A stretch of 32,000 bases of DNA from Candidatus Omnitrophota bacterium (GCA_963662715.1 OY759724.1:270001-302000); one strand, 5' to 3'. Shown: positions 1 to 8,515, counted from the stretch's first letter. The notes: a model not told the origin generated them from the sequence alone. Translations and numbers: made by a program.

Positions 1-459
1 ATACGCTTCTATCATGAGAATAGCTTCTTTGCCCACAGTAGATTTATGAGGGAAAGACGCTACGCCCGACTCAATGGCCGCGGCAGGCTGATTAGATTCC
101 ACATATTTAATTAATCCCGCCATGTCCTTCTTGCCGATCCACCCCTCATATATTTCTGACTTTAAAGAACGGTTGGGTTTAGTGAGGTGCTGCACTATCA
201 CATTTTGTTTGGTGGCAAGAAAACGCAGTAATTTTAAAGGTTCAGGATGACTATCTTCTGTAAACCAGATATAGTTAACCGTGACAGGAGCACCTTTCAT
301 TTGTTCATTAACTGTTTTGGCAATCATTTCTTCATATTCTGTATCTGAGAGAGGTTCCAGGTAAGGGAAGTCGGAAGATGTGACTTTTGAGCGGGTGGCG
401 GCTACTATTATGAATACAGCCCAAGAAATACAAGCCAACAATATAAGTTTCTTGCTCAT
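1..459 (-). CDS. hypothetical protein with hydrophobic N-terminal anchor/signal; 3' end runs off window
   Basis: Minus-strand frame is open from ATG at 459-457 to the window edge (153 codons, no stop). It is absent from the supplied track, presumably because it is open-ended. Begins MSKKLILLACISWAVFIIVAATRS. No family recognised and no obvious SD. Confidence 0.45.
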   Translation of the reverse strand, partial: MSKKLILLACISWAVFIIVAATRSKVTSSDFPYLEPLSDTEYEEMIAKTVNEQMKGAPVTVNYIWFTEDSHPEPLKLLRFLATKQNVIVQHLTKPNRSLKSEIYEGWIGKKDMAGLIKYVESNQPAAAIESGVASFPHKSTVGKEAILMIEAY

Positions 460-518
460 ATTAATAATACTATACCATATCTCTGGTAATTTTTTAAAGA
501 TTGATAAAAAACAGCGAG

Positions 519-545
519 CCTGCATCAAGGAGATAGCGATGCAGG
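519..545 (-). terminator. candidate intrinsic terminator downstream of the 621..968 ORF
   Basis: 8-bp stem CCTGCATC/GATGCAGG (519-526 and 538-545) with an 11-nt loop. On the minus strand a T6 run follows about 8 nt after the stem. Lies ~75 nt past the ORF stop. Confidence 0.3.
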
Positions 546-620
546 GAAAGTATTTATTTGCGGTTATTTTTGAATTAAATGGGCACCTTGTGGGGACCAA
601 GAACCCCTATTTTAAAACAA

Positions 621-968
621 CTACACCAAGGCAGCGAATAACCTTACCATATCTAATAAAAAGAAAAAAACTAGGCCTATCCAAGCAAGACACATAAGCG
701 GTCCTTTGGGAATAATGTAGGCTAATTTATTGTCAGAGGCACTCAATTTTGGATGAGCCAGTTCCACTTTCTTAAAAATCAAGACGCCTAATGAATCTAG
801 TATCATCGCGGCTGATATCCCCGCAAGGGGCATGATTAAAACGCTCTTCCTAGTTAAATAGAATATAAAAACGCAAACGAAAAGGACTACTAAATAAAAA
901 CGTATTTTTAGCCTACTTAATTCCAAATCTTTTGTTGTCGCATCCCTTGCCCACCACTGAATTGGCAT
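621..968 (-). CDS. small multi-pass membrane protein, unknown function
   Basis: 115-aa ORF with about three hydrophobic stretches (FYLVVLFVCVFIFYL, IMPLAGISAAMILDSLGVLIF, LMCLAWIGLVFFFLL). No family recognised. Confidence 0.45.
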   Translation of the reverse strand: MPIQWWARDATTKDLELSRLKIRFYLVVLFVCVFIFYLTRKSVLIMPLAGISAAMILDSLGVLIFKKVELAHPKLSASDNKLAYIIPKGPLMCLAWIGLVFFFLLDMVRLFAALV

Positions 969-1084
969 GATCCCATCCTAGGATTAAATGTTGTTTTTCT
1001 TCCGATCTTATTTATACTGACCCCAGTTAACAAATTTGACTAAATGGTGTAGAATTGAGTTCCAAGGAAAGGAGCCCAATTCTG

Positions 1085-1198
1085 ATGAAAAAACGCCAAT
1101 GGACCAGCCAGCAAAAGACCCAAATCGTGCTTGAAGGCCTTAGTGGGAAAATCGACTTCTTGGGGACTGGCACTTTCATTTTAAAGACTTCCGCTTAA
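1085..1198 (+). pseudogene. relic of an IS3-family orfA (HTH transposase subunit)
   Basis: MKKRQWTSQQKTQIVLEGLSGK... parallels RRKFTPDEKIRIVLEGLRG of the intact orfA at 4700. Both share an AGGAAAGGAGC block upstream of the ATG. Similarity is lost after ~22 codons, and the ORF stops at 1196-1198. Confidence 0.5.
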
Positions 1199-1204
1199 AC
1201 AATG

Positions 1205-2439
1205 CTATTCTTCCATTTCATCAACAAAGACTGTTTGATCGCCAATTGTTGCACGTAATCTTCTATTTTGCACAGGGATATCTATATATTCCGCCAGCCG
1301 GCTACCTTTTTCTGCCATATTTAAACATAAGCGCAAATATGCCTTTGAAGTGATATGGAACCCATCAAAGGTTTCATAATCGGTAGCTCCCAACTCGGCT
1401 AAATCAGAAAAGTCGTAAAACTCAAAGCCATAAGATTTAAAGAGAGGCTGTAGGGATAGGGATAACTTCCACATATACCCATATTTCTCACCGTAAGACT
1501 GTAATTTCTCATAAACAACATGCGCGAAAGGCGGCGCAAGAAAGCAATGACGTGAATATTGCGGGCCCGGCACTCGATTAGAAAGCCCTCGACTTCTCTA
1601 AGTGCAGAGACAGAAACATCATCCCCATATTCAAAACGGTTATCCCCCGAGGCTATTCTTCCCATCTCGTGTTTGAATTCTGTATGAGTCTCTGAAGTCA
1701 CCTTATAATCACTGCCCACATCTGCATAACAATAACTCCCATCGTTCCTATAACCCCGATGACTTATCAGTGCGCTGAGCCCAACCGCATTTCGTCTTTT
1801 TTCTTCAGACAGCAGGTCATGCAGAGAAAATTTTTTCTTAAAGAAATCATCATAAATCTCACGCCATTTGGTTAACAAAACAAACAAACCAAACGGCTCG
1901 TTATGAATTCTGTTATTGCTTTGGGTCAACTCTTTTTTATTACCCGCCCAGTTGTCATTAAAAACCCAGTGATCAAGCCCAAGCAGTAGGACATCCGGCT
2001 CACTCCCCCGGGGAATTTTCCTCAAAACAAATTTTAGATCTTCGATTCTTTCAATAGTTTGACTAGCGTTGTAAAAATCCTGCCTTTGCTTAAAAAAGTT
2101 TGCCCTCATTTGATTTGTCCTTGAACTCCCCAAAGAAAGAATCCTTGGCTTTCTTAATTTCAAAGACAACAATTTGTAATACTGATCGACTCCTGTATAG
2201 GCTCTTCCGAAGAAAACATCCTGCGGACTTTCGCTTTGGCGGTGAATGACCGTCTTCAACGAAGTAATTTCTCCAGATTGAACTAGCACAAACAACGGGA
2301 ACAATAATACTAAAGAGAAAGCAAGCATAAAAGGGACAAAACAGATAAGCTTGCGTCGTATTATTTTGGCAGACTTAAGGGAAAAAAGATCGTGATCAAA
2401 ATTGAAAATAGATAAATTCATTTCCACCGTAATTCCCAA
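1205..2439 (-). pseudogene. SGNH/DltD/AlgJ-like partner of the MBOAT protein, disrupted by a frameshift near 1530-1545
   Basis: Two overlapping ORFs in different frames (1399..2439 and 1205..1573) join into one sensible protein: ...CRARNIHVIAFL / APPFAHVVYEK.... It has an N-terminal TM anchor, LSLGSSRT (block I-like Ser) and FDGFH (DxxH-like block V). Its start overlaps the MBOAT stop. Confidence 0.6.
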
Positions 2440-3826
2440 ATATAATAATAAGGACTAAAAAAGCATTATAAAGCAAAGCTTTGGCAAAAGGATTCATTCT
2501 ACGCACTACCATTAAATCATCATGCCAGTACTGAAAGAACTGCACGCAAACCAGCGGTAAGGAGTACAGGGCGATGGTCAACAATGTATCTTTCAATCCA
2601 TACCCAGACACGACACGAAAATCAGTTATTAAGGCTGTGACTTGAATCCTAAGGTGCGACAAAGATTCTGAACGAAAAATCAGCCATCCAAAGCATACAA
2701 AATGAAAAAAACACAGCATGCGGATACCGGACCACATGCGGCGAAAAATAACGTTTTTAAATTCAGGAATAAGGGATATAAACGGCAGCAAAATGCGATG
2801 AATCGCTAATAACGCCCCATGGTAAAAACCCCAGAGGACAAAAGTCCACGCGGCACCATGCCACAAGCCGCCCAAAATCATCGTGATAAACAGATTTCTT
2901 AAGGTAACAAGCCGTCCTTTTTTGCTACCGCCAAAGCTAATGTATACGTAATCCCGCAGCCAAGTCGATAAACTAATATGCCATCGCCTCCAGAATTCCT
3001 GCGGATTTCTAGCGCAATAAGGCAAGTTAAAATTAACCATAAGATCGATCCCCATGCATTTCGCTAGGCCTCGAGCTATGCTTGAGTATCCGGCAAAATC
3101 TCCGAATATTTGCACAGCAAAAGCGTACATGCCGAGCAATAAAAACACCCCGTTGCATTCACCTTTATTAGAAAAAATGTCATTGGCTATACGCGCGACA
3201 TTATCGGCAACAAAAACCTTAAGAACATACCCCCATAAAATAAGATAAGCGCCTTCCGACATTTTCTCCAAAGTTATTCGGCGGGGTTCTGTAATTTGCG
3301 GCAGAAGGCTTTTCGCCCTCTCTATGGGACCAGCAACAAGCTGAGGGAAGAAAGCCACGAAAAGAGCGAAATCAAAAAAATTCTTTGTGGACCGCAATTT
3401 ATAGCGATAAATATCAAAAGTATAACTCATTGTCTGAAACGTATAAAAAGATATACCAACCGGCAAGATAACATGAATTAAGTTCAGGTGGACGGGGACC
3501 CCCCAAAAAGCCAGTAGTTGCTGGAGATTAGCAGCAAAAAAATTAAAATATTTAAAAAACCCGAGAATTGACAAATTCGTGATTATACTGAGAGATAAAA
3601 ACAATTTTCGTTTTGAGGGATCTTCTGTTTCGTTTATCTTGATGCCGCAGAAGAAATCGATGACAGTAGAAAGCCAAATGAGCGACAAAAACCGCCAATC
3701 CCAGGCCCCATAAAAAAAATAGCTTGCGACAAGAAGCAGCCTGTTCTGCCACCGATGTTCGAGGACAAGGTATAAAGCATAAACACCCAGGAAAAAAACG
3801 ACAAATTCTAGCGAATTGAAAAGCAT
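2396..3826 (-). CDS. MBOAT-family membrane O-acyltransferase (AlgI/DltB/PatA-like)
   Basis: 476-aa polytopic protein carrying WRRWHISLSTWLRDYVYI and GGLWHGAAW (conserved MBOAT His). Confidence 0.9.
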   Translation of the reverse strand: MLFNSLEFVVFFLGVYALYLVLEHRWQNRLLLVASYFFYGAWDWRFLSLIWLSTVIDFFCGIKINETEDPSKRKLFLSLSIITNLSILGFFKYFNFFAANLQQLLAFWGVPVHLNLIHVILPVGISFYTFQTMSYTFDIYRYKLRSTKNFFDFALFVAFFPQLVAGPIERAKSLLPQITEPRRITLEKMSEGAYLILWGYVLKVFVADNVARIANDIFSNKGECNGVFLLLGMYAFAVQIFGDFAGYSSIARGLAKCMGIDLMVNFNLPYCARNPQEFWRRWHISLSTWLRDYVYISFGGSKKGRLVTLRNLFITMILGGLWHGAAWTFVLWGFYHGALLAIHRILLPFISLIPEFKNVIFRRMWSGIRMLCFFHFVCFGWLIFRSESLSHLRIQVTALITDFRVVSGYGLKDTLLTIALYSLPLVCVQFFQYWHDDLMVVRRMNPFAKALLYNAFLVLIIIFGNYGGNEFIYFQF

Positions 3827-4194
3827 ATAGAAATTAAGTAGCGCGCATATGTGTGAAATATCTTATAAATTTATCTTGGAAATACATGATTAGACTGCAA
3901 GGTTGAAAAAATATTATATCTGATTAATTAAAAAGTTGTCAATGGCGATTACTTAGATTATTATGTCTTTCCAAAATATATTAACAGCTTGGGTAAATTT
4001 TAGTATGATTAAAAAAGTGGCCAATGGGGACTCTTTGGGCACCACAAAAAAACGACACATCATTTCCCGGCACAACAAAAACTTTAGGAAAAGGACTTCC
4101 CGATAAAACTAAAGCATGACTTGTCGAAGTGACACCGAGAAGTACGCTCGAACAACCTATCTTCAAATATGCTATTTCTTTTCATGATCGGCAT

Positions 4195-4556
4195 TTACTG
4201 ATCTTTCATTCCAGCCTTCTCACTATCCTGAAATTCACCTGCTTTCCATAAACCGACTTGCTCAACAATATTCCCTTCTTCATCTTGAAAAATTTTTCTC
4301 CCTTGACCATCAAACTTGTTGTTTTTAAATTCTCCTTTATAAAAAGAACCATTGGCATAAATCATCTTCCCCTTTCCATCGCATTGACCATTTTTAAATT
4401 CGCCTTCATAACGGGAGCCGTCTGCATAGGTAAACACGCCCTTTGACATAAGTCCTATTTTGAATTCTCCCTCATAACGGGAGCCATTCACCAACACAGC
4501 AACACCATTCCCGTCAGGCAAATTATTCTTAAAATCACCTTCATAAATATTCCCTC
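4195..4556 (-). pseudogene. 3' part of a MORN-repeat protein gene split by the IS
   Basis: Four to five ~23-aa repeats of the form xxGxxYEGEFKNGxxxGxG. The repeat frame stays open upstream of the annotated Met (GNIYEGDFKNNLPDGNG) until TGA at 4557-4555, which is IS-derived sequence. Confidence 0.7.
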
Positions 4557-4576
4557 ATTTCGTTTGAAGACATACA
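4557..4576 (+). repeat. displaced terminal 20 nt of the IS right inverted repeat, abutting IRL with a 1-nt spacer
   Basis: ATTTCGTTTGAAGACATACA. The 23-nt tract 4554-4576 (this 20-mer plus the preceding CTC) is identical to the reverse complement of 22742-22764, where it is contiguous with the IS 3' end. Confidence 0.75.
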
Positions 4577-4577
4577 G

Positions 4578-4607
4578 TGTTTCCAGTCAGCAAAATTGAG
4601 ACAAATG
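4578..4607 (+). repeat. IS left inverted repeat (IRL)
   Basis: TGTTTCCAGTCAGCAAAATTGAGACAAATG aligns ungapped with TGTATGTCTTCAAACGAAATGAGACAAATT (22742-22771). Match is 19/30, including the terminal TGT and a TGAGACAAAT block at positions 20-29. Confidence 0.6.
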
Positions 4608-4699
4608 AGCGGATAAAAATAAGAGAGAAATTTTAGGGTTGAGAAGCCCTGATTTCGGCTCCATAATGAGGCTTTAGGCCTCAGGAAAGGAGCAAAAGA

Positions 4700-5032
4700 A
4701 TGAGCAAGCCAAAAGATGTTGTGAAAGAAATCCGCAGGGCAACCCGCCGAAAATTTACCCCAGACGAAAAGATCCGCATTGTGCTGGAAGGTCTTCGGGG
4801 AGATATCCCGATATCTGAAATCTGCCGAAAAGAAGGCATCGCCGCATCCGTTTATTATAAATGGTCAAAAGAATTTCTTGAGACGGGCAAGAATGGTCTA
4901 ACCCGTTCAACAATGAGGGAGGCCACTAGCGATGAGGTGAAAGCGCTAAAGAACGAGAATGCCGATTTGAAGCGGGTGGTGGCGGATTTGACGCTGGATT
5001 TGGTGAAATATAAAAAAAGTCTTGGCATGTAG
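4700..5032 (+). CDS. IS transposase orfA (HTH, Transposase_8-like, C-terminal coiled coil)
   Basis: 110 aa with RRKFTPDEKIRIVLEGL...ISEICRKEGIAASVYYKWSKEF. GGAAAGGAG SD lies upstream. Confidence 0.85.
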   Translation: MSKPKDVVKEIRRATRRKFTPDEKIRIVLEGLRGDIPISEICRKEGIAASVYYKWSKEFLETGKNGLTRSTMREATSDEVKALKNENADLKRVVADLTLDLVKYKKSLGM

Positions 5033-6041
5033 ACGGCGGTACGGTCGCATGAAGGGACGAGATAAACTAGAAATCATTCGGGTGGTGGAATCCTCTGGTT
5101 TAAGCGCAACGAAAACACTAGAAAAGATCAATATTCCACGTGGTACATACTATCGATGGAAAAAGAGGCTCAAAGAACACGGTTATCGAGGGCTTCAAGA
5201 CATGAGGCCCCATCATCGCAGGATGTGGAATCAACTCACACCGGATGAAGAAAATACGATCATGGAAGTTGCGTTATTGAACCCGGAATGGTCAAGCAGA
5301 CAGGTCAGCTTATATATATCTGATCGTTGTGGCTTCAGTATTTCAGAGTCAACGGTCTATCGGCGGATGAAAGCCCACGGATTGATCAAGGAACCAGACA
5401 TCAGGAGATTCCCTGCGGGGAAAGAATATAAGATCAAGACGATCCGGATAAATCAACAGTGGCAAACCGATGCGACTTATTTGAAAGTTGACCGATGGGG
5501 TTGGTTTTATCTGATTAGCGTGCTGGATGATTATTCCCGGAAGATATTGGCTTGGCAGTTGAAGAAATCGATGCGGGCAGAAGACTTCAGTGATGTCGTA
5601 GAGTTGGCCTGTGAATTTTCCGGTATCACCAAAGACGATAAAGAATCTGTCCGGTTGGTGAGCGATAATGGTTCAGCGCTTATTTCAAAAGACTTCGGAG
5701 ATTATCTCGAAGCCAAAGGGTTGGGCCATATCCTGGCCTCGCCGTACCATCCGCGAACGAATGGCAAGATCGAGCGGTTTCATCGAAGCGCCAAGGAGAC
5801 GATTCTTCTGCATGTCTGGGATAGCCCTGAACGGCTTGAGGATGAAATCGCGCGATTTATTCACTGGTACAACTCACGGCGTTATCATGAAGGGATTGGT
5901 AATGTGACACCGGACGATGTTTATTATGGACGGCGTGATCAGATACAAAGACGAAGGCAAAATTTGAAGCAAAAGACTATTCTTGCCAGAAGGAAATATA
6001 ACGGTAAAATAATGAATATTGGAGCTGAAATCGTCTCTTAA
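5022..6041 (+). CDS. IS transposase orfB (HTH + rve DDE integrase core)
   Basis: DDE triad context: QWQTDATYL, LVSDNGSA, YHPRTNGKIERFH. N-terminal region has a second HTH (IPRGTYYRWKKR), as in IS481-type transposases. The frame is open from 5007. Possible starts are TTG 5022, ATG 5049, or a fusion to orfA. Confidence 0.9.
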   Translation: MACRRRYGRMKGRDKLEIIRVVESSGLSATKTLEKINIPRGTYYRWKKRLKEHGYRGLQDMRPHHRRMWNQLTPDEENTIMEVALLNPEWSSRQVSLYISDRCGFSISESTVYRRMKAHGLIKEPDIRRFPAGKEYKIKTIRINQQWQTDATYLKVDRWGWFYLISVLDDYSRKILAWQLKKSMRAEDFSDVVELACEFSGITKDDKESVRLVSDNGSALISKDFGDYLEAKGLGHILASPYHPRTNGKIERFHRSAKETILLHVWDSPERLEDEIARFIHWYNSRRYHEGIGNVTPDDVYYGRRDQIQRRRQNLKQKTILARRKYNGKIMNIGAEIVS

Positions 6042-6058
6042 ATTAAATTGCAATTTGT

Positions 6059-6227
6059 CTCGTGACACAACGCAACGGTCTTTTTCCGTAACCTGTTGAT
6101 TCTCTTTGACTTGCCATGAAATAGGTGCTCCTTTATACAAACTTTTAAATGGTTGATACAGCTCGAAATCTGTAAGCTTTACATCTTCAACTTTGATATA
6201 TCGTACCATCATATCATATTCGTTCAT
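6059..6227 (-). pseudogene. 5' part of the IS-split MORN-repeat gene
   Basis: MNEYDMMVRYIKVEDVKLTDFELYQPFKSLYKGAPISWQVKENQQVTEKDRCVVSR. The rest of track ORF 5874..6227 reads into the IS. It joins in frame to 4554 and downstream once 4557-6061 is removed. Confidence 0.6.
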
Positions 6228-6250
6228 CTCGGCAGATGAACGAATATGAT
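6211..6250. repeat. perfect 18-bp inverted repeat with 4-nt loop spanning the start codon of the MORN gene
   Basis: TATCATATTCGTTCATCT cggc AGATGAACGAATATGATA. The ATG at 6227-6225 lies inside one arm. Confidence 0.8.
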
Positions 6251-6344
6251 AAAATTGTCTACAACTGAATAAGATGCAATATGTTATATTAATTTTACTG
6301 AGTCGTCAAGGTTGGCTCTTAATGTAGGTGAGCATATTAATTTA

Positions 6345-8021
6345 TTAAACGTGTTCGTTACTTAAAAGCGAATAAATTTTATTTTTGATATCCGGGATTA
6401 AAGCTGGCTGAACGCTAAAATTTCTGATCCCAATATTTAACAGCTCCTCAGTAAAATTCTGATTTCCGGCTAGTTCACCGCAAATACAGCACTCTTTACC
6501 ACAATCCTTTGCTTTTTGAATGGCCGTTTTCAAAGCAGGCAGAATTAATTGATTTCCGGCTTCATAATAATCTGAAACATCAAGTTTTTCTCTTCCAGCG
6601 GCCATCACATATTGGACCAAATCATTGGTTCCAAAACTTATAAAGTCACATTGTTCAAGAAGTTCATCAATGCACATAAGGGACGCGGGTGTCTCAATCA
6701 TTGCACCCAAAGGGACATCTGCATTAAAGGGAATACCGTCTTCCGCAAGCCTTTGCTTCTCTTGCGCAAGATACTGTCTGACCGCCTTCACGTCCTTAGG
6801 CAGCGAAACCATTGGAATGACTATATGAACATTAAATTTTTTGCGTAACCTTAAAAAAACACGAAGCTGCAACTCCAATAAACGAGGATATTTTAGCAGA
6901 AAGCGAATGCCATTTAATCCCAGGGCAGGGTCTTTCAAATCAATAAAGTTTAAAAAAGGCAAAGATTTGTCTCCTCCAATATCAAGCAGACGTAAATAAA
7001 TATTTTGTTCTGATAAACAATTTAAGGTTTTTGTTAATTTCCGAAAAAGCTCATCTTCCGTTGGAAGATTATTTTTCCCCATATAAAAAGGCTCCGTCCG
7101 ATAAAGTCCAATGCCGTCGGCTTTAAAACTTTTAGCCAACTGAAATTCACTATATGATGATACATTAGCGTACACTCGAACAGGCTGGCCGTTCTTCTCA
7201 AGTGAAACTCCTTGTATTTCTTGAATTATTATTTTTTTTGATTTTAACCGCTCCTGGATCAAACGGGGATAGGATTTAAGTTCTTCCTGTGTTGGATTAA
7301 TTATTATCTCTCCATTATCGCCATCAACGGCAACTTTATGATCCGAAAGAAAAGCACCGTTCGTAATATTTATTTTTGCTACAAAAGGTATATCTAACGC
7401 CCGGGCAAGTATTGCGGCATGAGAATTTTGCGTCCCCTCAATCGTCACAATAGCTTTAGCATTTTTTATATTCAGCAACGCCGTATCCGAAGGAAGCAGT
7501 CTTTGTGCAAAAATAACGGCATCTTTAGGAAGGGTTGTTAAGTCATTCTTATTAACACCCAAAAGAACCTTGAGCAGGCGTTTACCGACATCGACAATAT
7601 CATTCGCCCGATCTTGGAAAACATTGTTTTTAGCGCCGCGTAATTTCTGCTCATGCCGCTGAAAAACATTTTGAACAACTTGCTCCACATTTAACAGCTT
7701 GTTTTTTATCTCATCTTCAATCTCTCTAATAAGACTAATATCCCTCAACATCATTTGATGGGCACCAAATATCTCAGCATGTTTTGCATCAATATTCGAG
7801 GTTACTTGAGATTTTAAACTAGCAAGATCATGATGCGCCTTGTCTATGGCGCTTTTTAACCTATGGACTTCACCCTCAACTTGATTTTCATTAATATTCA
7901 TAAATTCAAATTCCCGAGTCAAAATATCCTGGTAATAAAAAATATGTCCAATTGCAAAGCCCGTAACGATAGTCTCTCCGTTAAAAACAATTCGATCTGA
8001 AAAATTTTCGGTCATAATCAC
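6345..8021 (-). CDS. ptsI: phosphoenolpyruvate-protein phosphotransferase (PTS enzyme I family), no GAF domain
   Basis: 558 aa. Phospho-His region GTQNSHAAILARALDIPFV, PEP-binding TIM-barrel motifs GIGLYRTE and FISFGTNDLVQY. Confidence 0.85.
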   Translation of the reverse strand: MIMTENFSDRIVFNGETIVTGFAIGHIFYYQDILTREFEFMNINENQVEGEVHRLKSAIDKAHHDLASLKSQVTSNIDAKHAEIFGAHQMMLRDISLIREIEDEIKNKLLNVEQVVQNVFQRHEQKLRGAKNNVFQDRANDIVDVGKRLLKVLLGVNKNDLTTLPKDAVIFAQRLLPSDTALLNIKNAKAIVTIEGTQNSHAAILARALDIPFVAKINITNGAFLSDHKVAVDGDNGEIIINPTQEELKSYPRLIQERLKSKKIIIQEIQGVSLEKNGQPVRVYANVSSYSEFQLAKSFKADGIGLYRTEPFYMGKNNLPTEDELFRKLTKTLNCLSEQNIYLRLLDIGGDKSLPFLNFIDLKDPALGLNGIRFLLKYPRLLELQLRVFLRLRKKFNVHIVIPMVSLPKDVKAVRQYLAQEKQRLAEDGIPFNADVPLGAMIETPASLMCIDELLEQCDFISFGTNDLVQYVMAAGREKLDVSDYYEAGNQLILPALKTAIQKAKDCGKECCICGELAGNQNFTEELLNIGIRNFSVQPALIPDIKNKIYSLLSNEHV

Positions 8022-8038
8022 CGCTCATCTTTTTAATA

Positions 8039-8515
8039 TTAAATAGTTTTTTTTGAACACTCGTTCAATCGCTTCTCGAGTTCCGCAACCTTTTTACGAA
8101 GATTGTCGATCATATTCTGGTCAGTAACATCTTTAAAAGTAATGATGATTAACTTCGTTCGGTTGGCTTCCATAACAAACCGGCAGGCATTAAGTAACAT
8201 TGCCCTCTTCCCGATACCAGGAAAATCATGTTCGACTTCAAAGTTATCAAAACTCTTATTTTTAGGAAGAATGTCTTCCAGTAAATGCCTAAGTTTTGGA
8301 ATGTCCCACTGACCATCGCCCAATTCATAAATAAACTCTTCTTCGGTCTCTTCAGGAACTACGCCAAAAGTCTGATAGAAAGCGCGATTGGCTAAGGCCA
8401 CCTTTAAATCTCCATACAAAATGATTAAGGGATTATGCACGGTATTAATAATACGGTCTGTGTATCCAAATGCATCTGCGGTTGCCAACTCATTCATTTT
8501 TTCTTTGTAGCTCAT
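8039..8515 (-). CDS. stand-alone PAS-domain protein with C-terminal coiled coil
   Basis: 158 aa. NPLIILYGDLKVALANRAFYQTFGV...IYELGDGQWDIPKLRHLLEDILP...FEVEHDFPGIGKRAMLLNA resembles the PAS module found after CheB/CheR fusion proteins. Stops 17 nt before the enzyme I start. Confidence 0.75.
   Translation of the reverse strand: MSYKEKMNELATADAFGYTDRIINTVHNPLIILYGDLKVALANRAFYQTFGVVPEETEEEFIYELGDGQWDIPKLRHLLEDILPKNKSFDNFEVEHDFPGIGKRAMLLNACRFVMEANRTKLIIITFKDVTDQNMIDNLRKKVAELEKRLNECSKKTI

Larger units (their letters stand above)
4554..6061 (+). mobile_element. IS3/IS481-superfamily insertion sequence (~1.5 kb), apparently circularly permuted, flanked by CTC
   Basis: Contains orfA (HTH) and orfB (rve DDE). 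CTC occurs at 4554-4556 and 6059-6061. IRL lies at 4578-4607. The last 20 nt of IRR, as defined by the second copy at 22742, are found at 4557-4576 rather than at the right edge. Confidence 0.85.

Noticed and set aside
380-697. 105-aa plus-strand ORF
   Set aside because: It overlaps the start of the open-ended minus ORF (1..459) and the end of 621..968, and spans a terminator-like hairpin. It has no SD or motif.
3981-4166. 61-aa TTG-initiated ORF in the MBOAT-MORN intergenic region
   Set aside because: It has no SD and no motif, and short ORFs overlap it on both strands. It cannot be supported.
4564-4596. Junction promoter (Pjunc) formed by the abutted IRR-IRL
   Set aside because: A TTGAAG -35-like hexamer exists, but the best -10-like hexamer (CAAAAT) is 21 nt away. 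The spacing is not convincing.
5874-6058. C-terminal 60 codons of track ORF 5874..6227
   Set aside because: This part is antisense IS sequence read through from the interrupted MORN gene. It is not native coding sequence.
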